Assembly (NCBI GenBank): GCA_028023455.1
Contig: JAQFVV010000009.1
Coordinates: 9,920,001-9,984,000, forward strand
Reading direction: 5' to 3'
Length of the DNA: 64,000 bases
Source: Epiperipatus broadwayi
Taxonomy: Eukaryota > Animalia > Onychophora
A program made the translations under genes and the position numbers. A model generated the notes under the pieces. That model ran no database searches, was not told where the DNA came from, and worked only from the letters and a program-made list of their open reading frames with translations. The first letter of the stretch is position 1, and each line of letters opens with the position of its first letter. This document shows, in pieces, positions 52,701 through 64,000 of the stretch.

Positions 52701-55006
52701 GGAATTTGCTGGCCCATTTTGGAATGTTATTCCATTACTTAAATTTTTTTTATATTCTTTATAAATTCTCTCAAATTTTAAAGGGCTTCTAGTTTTATGC
52801 TTAGAAAACATTTTATTAAACAAAATACTATAATATATGAAACTTTTGGAAAAAAAATATGAATGCAAAAACAAGTGCTTCTAACTTATTTAACAGGAAA
52901 AAATCATGGTTAATAAACAAGATCATTTAAGTCTAAGATTTCAACATTTAAGAATATTACATTTACTGAGAGCACTCCAATATTAAAAATGGTGGCTGCC
53001 ATACTGCATACTGATTCATAAATATTTACAAATTTTAAATGCTTTTATTTTTTATTTGCATTTTTTTTTTTTTTGGAAAACATATAATTCAAGTAGTGTA
53101 TATTGATACAGCACAGTTTCATTATCCTATAACTCTGAATAATATTTAAAGAGATTAATTTACATCTTTGTTTTATCAAACACTATAATTTTGGGTCAGC
53201 AATAAGTTTTGCAAATTATCTATTACATTTTAAAAAATATATGATATAAATAGCACTTTAATATGACTTACTATAAAAACTATAAACAGAATTGCTAATT
53301 AGCACAGAAACATGAAGTGCTGTTAAATTTTGTCAAGTATTTATGAACATTTTCTGTCAGAAGACAGTGGAGTAAATAGGTGATAATGCAGAAATCAATT
53401 GATAACATTTGATTGCCATCTCTTTATCACTTCAATATTTACAGCTATATCATAATTGTAATGCTTTGACTAGTTTAATCTATTAGAAAAAGGCTGGTCT
53501 TAAGAACTAAGGATTCCTGACTTGTTCATAATTGAAAAGCATAATTTACCCTACTATTTGTTCTCTTGACAACAGTTTAGTCTTGTGATTATTATTATAA
53601 ACTTGAATGCATCTTTATTGCTTTCTTAACAATGATAGGTTTATTTCAGTATAATGTCCAATATACAGTTCTTAAAGAGACCAATTTGTCATCCCTGTTC
53701 CAAATTAAGATGTTTAAAGCCAACTGGAAGCCTGGATAGTTTCAAGTGCAAATAAAATGTTTAAATGATCGTTTTCTTTAAAGTTTAAAGTAGTAACAAA
53801 ATTCTTCAAAGTCAGACAACGGTCTAAACATGTTCAATTATTTTTTTCTAAATGTATTTTTAAAAAAATATAAAATCTTTTTTTTCTTTAAAGTTATTTT
53901 TTCAAAAACAATTACAAATGCAATAAAAGCAGACAGGAAATAATAATTTCAGTTAAGATTCAGAAGGAAAGAAAAATGTACAGCCATCAATTAAAATTAA
54001 GTAAAAAAAATTAAAAGTATTTTTTAATGTATCAATTAAAATGACAATAACAGAAAAAGTAAAAACCAAAGAAAATGATTTTTAAATTAAAATTATTGCT
54101 AAGAGACTGATTGGAATCAAACAACATATTTATATATTGGAATAAAAACCTGATACACCATTAATAAAACAAATAAAGATAGCAATCTAGTAATTATTTG
54201 GCTTCATATGCACTTGATAGAGATGAAACATTCAATCTTCTCAAAATATATTTTTATATCAATTTTTAATAAAATTTATTTATACCATTAACTAATTTAA
54301 ATAATAAAGATAAATTGAATTACTTTTTAAAGAATAATCTTTTTAAAAAACAACAAGAACAGATATTTTTAAAGCATTTCCTCTTTTTTATTGTTAAAAT
54401 TATTTGAGTGTTTGTTCAAACATAAAACTGTCTAATCCAAAAAGAAACAGAAAGCAAGGATTCCAAGATAACAGTATTCAATCTATATACAGATCAACAT
54501 ATAAGCATATAGGTACATATAAAATCACAATAAAAAGATGAGTCTGTTAATATATGCAACACTCATGAGCGCATATATTTGCATTTAATAAATGTTTAAT
54601 AAAATATATACATTTGTAAAATCGTTTGTTATTAAAAATAAATAAGGATAAAATTTATAAATGCTGATATTTAATAATATGTATAAACGTCAGTATTAGT
54701 TCTACTCAGTGGTAGATTCAACATCCACAAGTCAAAAATAAACTGGTCAATGTTTTGTTTTTTTCTTGTTAAAAAATATGAAAATAATATTTAGAAAACT
54801 AACCTGAAATTAATATATTTAGCAAACAAATAATGATCTAAAAACAATTATTTTTTATAAATGTAATAAATATAAACATTCTAGAAGAAATTAAAATGCT
54901 ATTCAATCTCCTGCCTTTGAGGAATTTAATTTTTTTATGGATTTGCATTTGGCCTATAACTAAAGTATTACTTACTTTTATGGTTTAACTTCATGTATTA
55001 AATATA

Positions 55007-57056
55007 CACCATCAATCTCCTCAATGTTACTCTTCCATTTTTCTATTTATAATGAATCCTACTTCACTTGTATTTCCAATAATGAATTTAAATTAGAACT
55101 TACAAATCAGTTTCAAGTATTAGTAGATTTTGAACATGATTCAGATTTGAATGACATTAATAGGAAAATAACTGATTCACTTTTAAAAACTGCAACAAAG
55201 ATAGCTGGTAGAAAAAAGCAGCAATTGACCAATAAAATTTCTACTGAGACTAGAGAATTTATGAAGAAAAGAAGGAATATGAGGATATACAACAATGATG
55301 CATTAAAAAAGATTGAATTTCTCGAATTTTGTAAAATGGTGCGGAAAAGTTAAAAATGATATAAGAAAATATAATTGTGAACTAGCAAGGAAAGCTGTAG
55401 AAGAGAATAAAAGTCTAAAGAGTGTAAAACAACATTTTGGTATTGGTAGGAAATTTATATCTGCAATAAGAAAAAAAGATGGCATTATTACTAAAAAGAG
55501 AGATGACATCATGAAATGTGCAGAAGACTTCTATCAAGAATTATATAGTAGTAAAAAACAAGTGCCTCCTATACCTATTATATCTTCCGAATTGTCCAGA
55601 ATTTTGAATGAAGAAGTGAGACATGCAATTAAATTTATGAAGAAAGGGAAGACTCCAGGTAATGATGGAATTATAACTGACATATTAAAAGAAGCAGGTA
55701 AAGAAATAGAATTTTTTTTTTAGCAAAGTTATATACCAAATGACTAAATGATAAAGATGTACCAGATGATTGGAAGAATGCAGTATTAATATTAATATTT
55801 AAAAAAGGTGATAAAGAAGATATTAGAAATTACAGACCTATCAGTCTTTTATCAGTTTTGTACAAAATTTTTACTAAGATAATTACAACTCATCTACAGA
55901 AAACACTGGATTTCCACCAACCAAGAGAACAAGCTGGATTTAAAAGTCGTTTTAGTATAGTAGATCATATCCAGGTATTGAGAGAAGTTATAGAAAAAAC
56001 AAATGAATATGAGTTGCCATTATGCTTAGGATTTGTAGATTATGAAAAGGCATTTGATTCTATAAACATTTCTTCAGTGATTAAAGCATTGGATCATCAA
56101 GGTGTAGATCCAAGATATTGTCATGTTTTAAAGAATATTTATAAAAATGCAACAGCAACAATTAGATAGTGTAGGAAAATCAACATTAAAAAGGGTGTAA
56201 GACAGGGTGATTCCATATCTCCAAAACTTTTTTCCAGCAGTGCTGCAAGAAGCATTTTGTGGATTAAAATGGGAAACTAAAGGAATGAAAGTAAATGGAG
56301 ATTATTTAAGTCATTTAGATTTTGCAGATGATATAGTTGTTTTGGAAAATAATGTTTTAGAGCTACAGGAAATGTTGCAGGAGTTATCAGATGAAAGTAG
56401 GACTAAAGATAAATGTTAAAAAGACTAAAGTAATGATTAATAGATTTTCTCAAAATATGAAAATAAAGATTGATTATGATGAGTTAGAAAACGTTAACAG
56501 TTACAAATACCTTTGTCAGATTATTAATACAGATGGAAACATAATGGATGAAATTAATCATAGAATTAAACTTGGTTGGAGTGCTTTTGGTAGAAATAAC
56601 TTGACCCTAAAAGAAAATATGCCTATGTGTTTTGCCAGGTCTTACTTATGGATCTGAGACTTGGACACTTAATAGAAGAGCAATACAGAGACTTCAGACC
56701 ACTCAAAGAAGTATGGAAAGATGCATGTTGGGAGTAACAAGAAGAGATCAAAAATGAAAAGTATGGGTAAGAGAACAAACAGGTGTTACTGACCTCATTG
56801 AAAAAATTAAAAGACTGAAGTGAGTTGGGCTGGACATATTGCTAGAAGAGATGATAATGGATGGACAATTGAAATTTTAAACTGGATTCCAAGAGATTGT
56901 AAAAGACCCAGAAAGAGACCACATGTGAGATGGATGGATGAAATAATAAAGTGTGCAGGGGTGGTGTGCAGAAGAGAAGCTAAAGATAAAAAAAGATGGA
57001 GTGAACTTGGAGAGACCTTCATCCTGCAGTGGATTGATAATGGTTGTTGATGATGA
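55007..57056 (+). mobile_element. RTE-clade LINE, 5'-truncated with a short 5' inversion; ORF frameshifted
   Basis: KTPGNDGI, YRPISLL, PREQAGF, VDYEKAFDSI, GVRQGD, FADDIV, WAGHIAR, QWIDNG. (GAT)n tail. 11-bp direct repeat TATTAAATATA (54996-55006, 57057-57067). Confidence 0.92.
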
Positions 57057-59979
57057 TATTAAATATAACTTTTCACCTGTGTGGCTTTATATGTTATCTA
57101 CATGGAGAATCATATCTTTTAGATTAAATGTTTTACTCTGTAATTTAATTTCTTTCCAAATGTTTACATTTATATTAACTGGAAATATTTGATTTTTAAT
57201 ATTACTACTAAGTTTCTAAATATATTAATTTCAGATTTGAATTTTTAAATAAATTGCATTATCTTCACGTTTTCAAATATCTTACATGATCTTCTTTTTA
57301 TTATCATGGGGGGGGGGGGTGAAGAAAAAATGTACCATCAATTAGTTATTCATGTGTACTTTGTATTTAAATGGCATCTAAAAATTTTCATCAAAAATAT
57401 TTAATTACTGCATGTTTTGATTGTTTAGAATATATAGTATATTGTTTATCTTTTATTTATGTTCAAATATACTACAAGTAAATCTTTGCAAAATATTTAT
57501 AATAATATCTTTGATTCTATAAGGGTATAATTACTCTGAATGTTCACTGCAAATTGATTTTATTAAATAAGTCACAAAATAAAAGAAGTGAGATTTACAA
57601 TAACTTCAAAAAATTATCATAATTAATAATTAAAATCATTTCCATTATTATAAAGGGAAAAATAAACACTGGTGAAAATAATGGATTTAAGCAATAAAAG
57701 TTTCCAATTTAATTCCAACTAAGGATTTTGATCAGTTAAAATGGAACTATATTTGCTTAAAATAAAACTATATTTGCATTTAGCTAAGCCAAGGAACATA
57801 TGAAAAAAAAAAAATTTTTATTACCATATAGATGGCATATTTTGCAATTTAATGATATTAGAAGATATTCATTAAAGATTACAACATAGCATTGAATATT
57901 GAGATGCTGGAGTAAGTTGTGTTAAGAGATACACTAATCAGAATAATCAAATGCTATTATTATCAGTTCTTAGTTTTCTATTACCTAGTTATCTCATCTG
58001 ATCTTCAAAGAATTTTGCATGCATACATAATAGGTACACATACATGTATGAGTTTGTCAGTTGCTAAAATACTTTCAACAGCTTTAACACATTTTAAAAA
58101 GATTACTCAGCTCCTTTAAAAAAATATCACTATCAACTTATTTCTTTCATTAAAAAAAAAAAAAAATGAACAAAATATTTTCTTACAGTGACTTCAAGCA
58201 AAAAGAAAAAAATGTCCTCAGCATGAACTCTTCAATCATTTACTATTTTCATTATGTCACAAAAAAAATTAAAAAAAAAACAAAACTGTACAATTCAGAC
58301 AATATTAAATATTCATTACCTATAATTCTAATCTCAATTAAAAATAGATAAAGTTTTAAATATTAAAGAATAAAATTAAGTGATAAGCATATCTATAATT
58401 AAAAAATGAAATTTGAAATATAAAAAAAAATATCAAGGGAACTGCAATTAGAGAGACTATTAATAAGAAATTCAATTTTGAAACTGAAATGCGAATCAAC
58501 TTTTATTACAAAAAAAAAAAAAATGTAAAAACAAAAAATAACGAATGATAATACACAATATTTAACAATAAACTAAACTTATATCTATTATAGATGTGCC
58601 AGCATACAAATAAAATAATTCATTAATTAAAATAACCAAATGGTTTATACAGGAGTTCATAAGAAGTTCAAGCATTAGAAATGACATAAGGATCACTATC
58701 CATAAACCTTAAGCTTCAAAGTCTACTACTATTACTGCATTAAACTGCACAGAGCATTTCATTTATTTATAACTACAATATATATAGTTATCCTTGTAAT
58801 AACTATCTTTTTTTTTTTATTCCAGTAATCACATTATTTTTATTCCAAAAATAATAATTATTTCTATTTTCAAACGGAATCAAAATCCGTTATGTTTTGA
58901 CTATTGCAATCAATGTAGTGATTGTTTTTTCTTCCATTGATTAAGAAGATTAGAGCTTAACAGACTGAAAAGCGTTCAACAACATTCAATTTTTACTGTA
59001 TTAAAAACATGCTTGAATATAAAGCAAATCTATCAATCAATTACTAAATATAAATTATTATTTTAAATTTTTAATGATTGCCATGGAAGTATTTTTAAAG
59101 TTTATTAAGTAGTTGGGCTACTTCATTGCATATTTATTCAATATCATCCATCTATTTATAATCATACTGTCATCACTGTGTTTCATCACTGTGTTATTGG
59201 CTGCATATGTGACTATATAACCATTTTTACCATGCATCTTTTACTTCTTTTAGTAATTAGTTGGATTTCATGGTCCTAAGCAGAAGGATCTGTAGTACTT
59301 TTTATTTTTATAAATTGTGACTTAACTTCGAGTGGGTCAATGATTACTGCCAAGAATATTTGTTGCAATGTTTATTACATATGTTCAAAGTTTATTTTTC
59401 ACAATTATGACAAATTCTCAGCCAGAAAATCTAATACTAAAAAAAAAAAACTTTTTTTTTATATATATGTAAATTCTTTATGATAACTAGTATTAACCGA
59501 TGATGTTTTTTTTTTTTAAAGAATGGACAGTATTAATCTACTTATACTTTGTCATATTTAAAAATCAAATAATTAATAATTTTAAGAAAATACAGCAGTT
59601 ATCTTAAATTTTATTTTATGGCAAAGAGAAAAATTTTTTTTAAATGTATCTGATAATTTATTTACATAACATTATATGAATCAAAAAATAGTATACTGCA
59701 TATTTACAATTGTTCAGAAATTTTTAAAATTTATGATTGACTATTTAAGTAATTAATTTTAACTTTTTATAATATTTAAAATTCCACAATTTTTTAAAAA
59801 TATAAATCTACTTTTTTACCTTATCTAAGTATTCTCTATCACATATAAAGTTAAAAAAAAAAATCAGTGAACTATTTATATAGAAGCTATTCCATAATTT
59901 TAATTACATGACAAATATAACACAAACCTGGTCTAACCTCCATCATTCCCATACACCTATTGAAACAGTAAGATTCGTA

Positions 59980-62450
59980 TTCGAATCTTAAGTTTCACCT
60001 TTTCTGTCGTCTCTCACTGACCGGTCTATCCCACCCAAATTTAAACTTTTGGTATTGAGTTGTGTGTGTAACAATATTAAAAATGTATAAATATATGTAG
60101 AATTCAACATAAACACGCACACATTTCGATCTCAAATTAAAGGCAATAAATACGGATAAAGTAATATAATTTAGATTTCTTTAGCTAAACAAAATTTTGT
60201 GTAATATTAATCATTTATTTTGAATTTATAAAGTTCGTATTTATTGTTTAGTTTAAATTTCGTTAAATAATAATTCTAACAAAATCTGATGCAATAATTA
60301 ATTAAAGTTAAAATAATTTTATTCCCTTTTGTCTTTGAAAATTTAAAAGCATCGGTCAGTGATAGATAATAAATTAATTATAGAGAAATTCGAAAAAAAT
60401 GTAATTAACGAATGTAAAAGAAAAAAACAAACAAACAATAGCACAGCAGATTTCTTTCTAATTAAAACCAGCAAAAGCATTGATTATCCTGAGGGCAAGA
60501 TAAATAAAACCTAAAAATATCTCAACAGAAAAATTAAAAGATCAAGATAAAAAAAAAAGGAGGCCATCTTGGACTTGCTGGAGACTTTCACTTGAACTTT
60601 AGCTTTGCTCTCGAGTGGAGAGTCTAAAATATATTGATATTGCCAAGGTATGACCGAGTAAGCACCGAGATTATTCTCCATCGGGAGATGGCCCACCGTA
60701 TGCCGAACTCCACATTGCCCATCGTAAAAACACCATAATGATCTGCTACCTGAAATAGACAAGAAAGCCGCTGCTGTTAAAATCAATAAAATGCCAAAGA
60801 CAAGAAAGAAAACTGCTAATCACGAACAATCTACTATTAAACAAATGGAAGAAAACATCTTATCAAACAGGTACCTGTGTGTGTATTCCAAATTATAGAG
60901 TACTCTAGTAATAATAAGCTATAGCTCATCTCCTACTATTTGTCTGACGTCTAAATGTTAAAATTGTAATTTTGTGAAACTAAAATTTGAGAATTAATGT
61001 AATCTGTAAATTTCTCGCTTAATCTAGCTTACTCCCTCTATCCTTCTTAGGTGTGTATTTCTCAAATCTACACTTTATTTATAATTATTATTGAAATATT
61101 ACCTTCTCATAATTGTCTTAGTTTTATATCTAAATCTATAATCGCTTGAACATTGAATGCGTGTCAAATTGTCATTAATATTTGCTTTATAAATAACTTA
61201 AATTTCATGTAAATACGATGAGCATTCAAAGAATCAGTTATTGTAATGCAGGGTCTACTACTTCGTAATAGCTGGCATACTCGCTGTAATAGTTCCCCTT
61301 TTAGATATTTTTGATTATTAAATTGTAATGAATAATTACGGAAATTTCATTTCTTTGAGAGTCACCAATTTTCTTTTAGTCAATGTTGATAATGGGGGGC
61401 CGAGTTTGAAATCTAGTTAAATATTACCATAATCTTTTAGATCTTATACATGTGTTACGTTTTGAAGCCACGATGACTTATTCCACGCCGTGAATACTCC
61501 GGATTCTATAGGGTTGAATTAACCCCAGTCGTCCTACACAAGTGGACATGATAATGTTCCCGTAGGGCTTGACGACCGTCACGCAGCCAGCTGGCAAATT
61601 GCGACACGGACCGCTTGTCCCTGGTTATGCTCATGTGACACCTTACCTCTTCGGGTCGAGGCAGAGACCAACCCGAAACCCTTATAAACTTATTCACGGC
61701 ATTGCAGTTTCAGTGCTGCCATTTTATATCGTCCTTCTAAAGCGTACCACGTGTTCCTTTCTTTAGTTTATCATTCTCTATATCACTCCGTCTTGGCATT
61801 ATCTTCATCATCCACTCTTAAATAAATGTTTGCCTTTAGTCGTAAAATAAATATTTTTATTAAATAAATATATGTCCGCCGCTACTGATGACTCTTGCAG
61901 TGCAAAGTATAAATTCCCTACAGCACGTATTAGAAATACTCCCTCGAGAACCTTAGGTAGCTAGATTACGCCTTCATAGAAATGAATGCTCTTTATAAAT
62001 AAATGTATTTTATATATAATAAAATTGTCAATTAACTATTGAAACTCTGAATATAAAATATGATTAATAACATTAATAATGTTTTTTTTTATTAAATACA
62101 TAAATAATTTTAACTATACGTCTGTAGTTAAGTTTTCATTTATTCGATGCCCATTATACATATTTCCTCGATTATATATGTTAATTAATATTCGTTTGAT
62201 TGTTGGCCAACTCGGAAACAAAACCATGAATCTCGTGCATCTCCCTGACCACCGTGCCTAAAGAAGTGTTTACTTATGTCACATCAGAGGCGTTATTCCG
62301 TAGATTGTATTGTGGAACCGATAAACTATGTTCGAACTCGGTACCACGGGTGGCTTCGCTACTCGATGGTGCTGCTGTTCTGTGTAGTGGTCGAATTCTG
62401 CACTATGTTAACGAGATACACGTGTTTTGACTGTTACACTATGGTTATCT
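59980..62450. promoter_or_regulatory. CpG-retaining island-like region, candidate (possibly bidirectional) promoter
   Basis: CpG is visibly far more frequent than in the rest of the window (roughly 20 or more in 61401-61800 vs a handful in 1-2000 by manual count). YY1-like GCCATCTTG at 60563-60571. Confidence 0.5.
60791..60870 (+). CDS. Candidate first coding exon MPKTRKKTANHEQSTIKQMEENILSN(R) of an unidentified gene
   Basis: AAAATG start context, 80-nt open frame ending in CAG|GTACCT donor, inside the CpG-rich region. No downstream exon identified. Confidence 0.45.
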
Positions 62451-62531
62451 AAAATCTCACTTTTTAAGATGTTTTTAACAAACTGGTAATGTATATTGTA
62501 TTATCTTGAAAAAATGGTTCTTTAAATTGTT

Positions 62532-63300
62532 TACAGAATGATATAGTCAAAAATTATCTGCACTCCCATTGTAGTTTTGAATGTTAGGTCAATTCAAATG
62601 TGACTGATATGTGAGAAATGATGGTTGCCCCACATTCAATGATTAATTTTTTTGTGGTCTGACTTTGTGTATAATATGGAGAAATTATTTTGCCACAAAG
62701 TGTGTAAATGGCAGAATATAGAATGGAAACATCCTCGACTACTAACAAAAAAAAAACCTTCAAAAATCAACCCATCAACTGGAAAATTGATGCTTAGTTT
62801 TCTGGGATTCTTAAGGACTAGTATTAGAACATTATTAGGAAAAGATTCAATAATCAGTAGTGCTCTTTACAATAAATGATCACTGAAGAGCTGAAGCCTA
62901 AAATGTGAACAAACTGCAGATGACTGTTATTCAAGGGCATTGTGAAGGACATCATACATTCGCACATTACTGCACACCCTATTGATATTCTGTAAAAACT
63001 TACATTTTGTGGTGTTGGTAAAGTCCTGATCTTGCCCCAACCAGATTATCACCTTTTTGATCCCTAAAAGAAGCTTTATGGGGATGAAGATTCATGTCTG
63101 ATGAAGAAGAAAGACACCAGTGCATTCGTGACTCATAACTCAGCCTAAAATATTTTTTTAATGAGAGAATAGAAAAGCTTATTAATAAATGGACAATTTA
63201 TTAAAAAGCAGGGATATTATGCCAAAAAATGATGCATGACTTTTCTGAAAGTTGATCTACAACCAGAGTGCAGATAATTTGACTTATCCTCCTTTATGTA
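62532..63300 (+). mobile_element. Internally deleted, decayed mariner transposon
   Basis: Inverted repeats AGTCAAAAATTATCTGCACTC (62545-62565) and GAGTGCAGATAATTTGACT (63266-63284). Transposase fragments EWKHP, STGKLML, SPDLAP.DYHLF, SDEE. Confidence 0.85.
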
Positions 63301-63601
63301 CATGTAAACATCATTCACATTTTTTAAAAACAGTACATAAATGATTTACATATTCTGTATAAGTATCAGCATAAATAAGTATTCAGTTTTTTATGTTTAA
63401 GCTTTAAAGCACTTGAAAACTTTCTGGTTTTGAATGAAATATACATATGCATTGTCAAGAGTTGATTAATAAACTTTAAAAACATTGTGTGGTAAATCTG
63501 ATTTAATATTATACACATTAAATGGAAGGATTAATCAACATATTTATTGAGTTTATTAAAATCAGAACTAAGTCATTTATTTAATAATATTTATCATGAA
63601 A

Positions 63602-64000
63602 AAATAGGCAAAACTCTCTCCATACAGTAGTGCCACTCAAAGCAAGACAGAGTAATTAATGGATGCCAGAAGGCTTGTGCGTAAAATCCCTATCTAGTGC
63701 CTACTCATCCACTATCCCCAGACAAGTTTCTGGCTTGTAGCCTTCGTCAGTAAGGAGCCTTGGATTTGATAGCATTGCACCTAGATCTTAAGATCTAATG
63801 CAACCCTCCAGCAGCCACCTTTTATCTCTACATAACTATAGAACTATGAGAATAAAATTGAAAACATACAAATACTTTCAATCTAAGCTCAATAGCTAAT
63901 GCCTAATAGGAAGGTGGCTGTGATTATAAAAGAACCAAAGACATTAAAATGTATAGGTGCTGAACTGAATTCAGACCCATATGACTATATAAAGCTATTG
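63602..64000. mobile_element. Second retrozyme-like insertion (sense on minus to ~63897, then inverted; runs off the window)
   Basis: Homologous to the 9121-10402 unit over ~295 bp, followed by an inverted segment from 63901. Confidence 0.85.
63707..63765 (-). ncRNA. Type I hammerhead motif, copy 4 (stem III palindrome mutated CTAG to CTTG)
   Basis: Minus: ATCCAAGGCTCCTTA CTGACGA AGGC-TACAA-GCCA GAAA CTTG TC TGGGGATAGTGGAT. Confidence 0.75.

Noticed and set aside
59933-59953. Minus-strand MGNDGG resembling an Rtf2 N-terminus
   Set aside because: Immediately followed by an in-frame TAG.
61885-61912. CTGATGA followed by a small hairpin (hammerhead or C/D box candidate)
   Set aside because: GAAA is absent after the stem and there is no downstream CTGA box D.
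63098-63112. CTGATGAAGAAGAAA
   Set aside because: Encodes the mariner SDEE motif; no stems.
1-64000. CRISPR arrays, rRNA/tRNA genes, and the short (60-110 aa) ORFs outside the listed elements
   Set aside because: No repeat-spacer arrays or recognisable stable RNA genes were seen. The short ORFs are low-complexity F/I/K/L/N-rich frames expected by chance in AT-rich DNA, or antisense to TE ORFs.

Overview
Very AT-rich, CpG-depleted eukaryotic (probably metazoan invertebrate) DNA, mostly intergenic or intronic and dense in transposon relics. No complete host gene is recognisable; a candidate promoter and first coding exon lie at about 60.0-60.9 kb. The most striking content is self-cleaving-RNA DNA. 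(i) A ~445-bp repeat carries a type I hammerhead ribozyme (retrozyme-like). It forms a 1.28-kb multimer with an internal inversion and a 12-bp target-site duplication (TSD) at 9121-10402, and recurs at 63.6-64.0 kb. (ii) An unrelated ~500-bp palindrome (27541-28041) has a Penelope-type minimal hammerhead variant (U3-A8 core) in each arm, bounded by a 17-bp TSD. Also present: four copies of an L1/Tx1-like LINE family whose three RT-spanning copies have YMDD (one ~5.4-kb near-full-length copy nested in a MITE arm, one uninterrupted 477-aa ORF2 fragment), RTE-clade LINEs (one with a 5' inversion), a mariner relic, a hAT MITE and a foldback MITE family. All calls come from reading the sequence by eye. 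No alignments, folding or database searches were run, and boundaries described as approximate are approximate.
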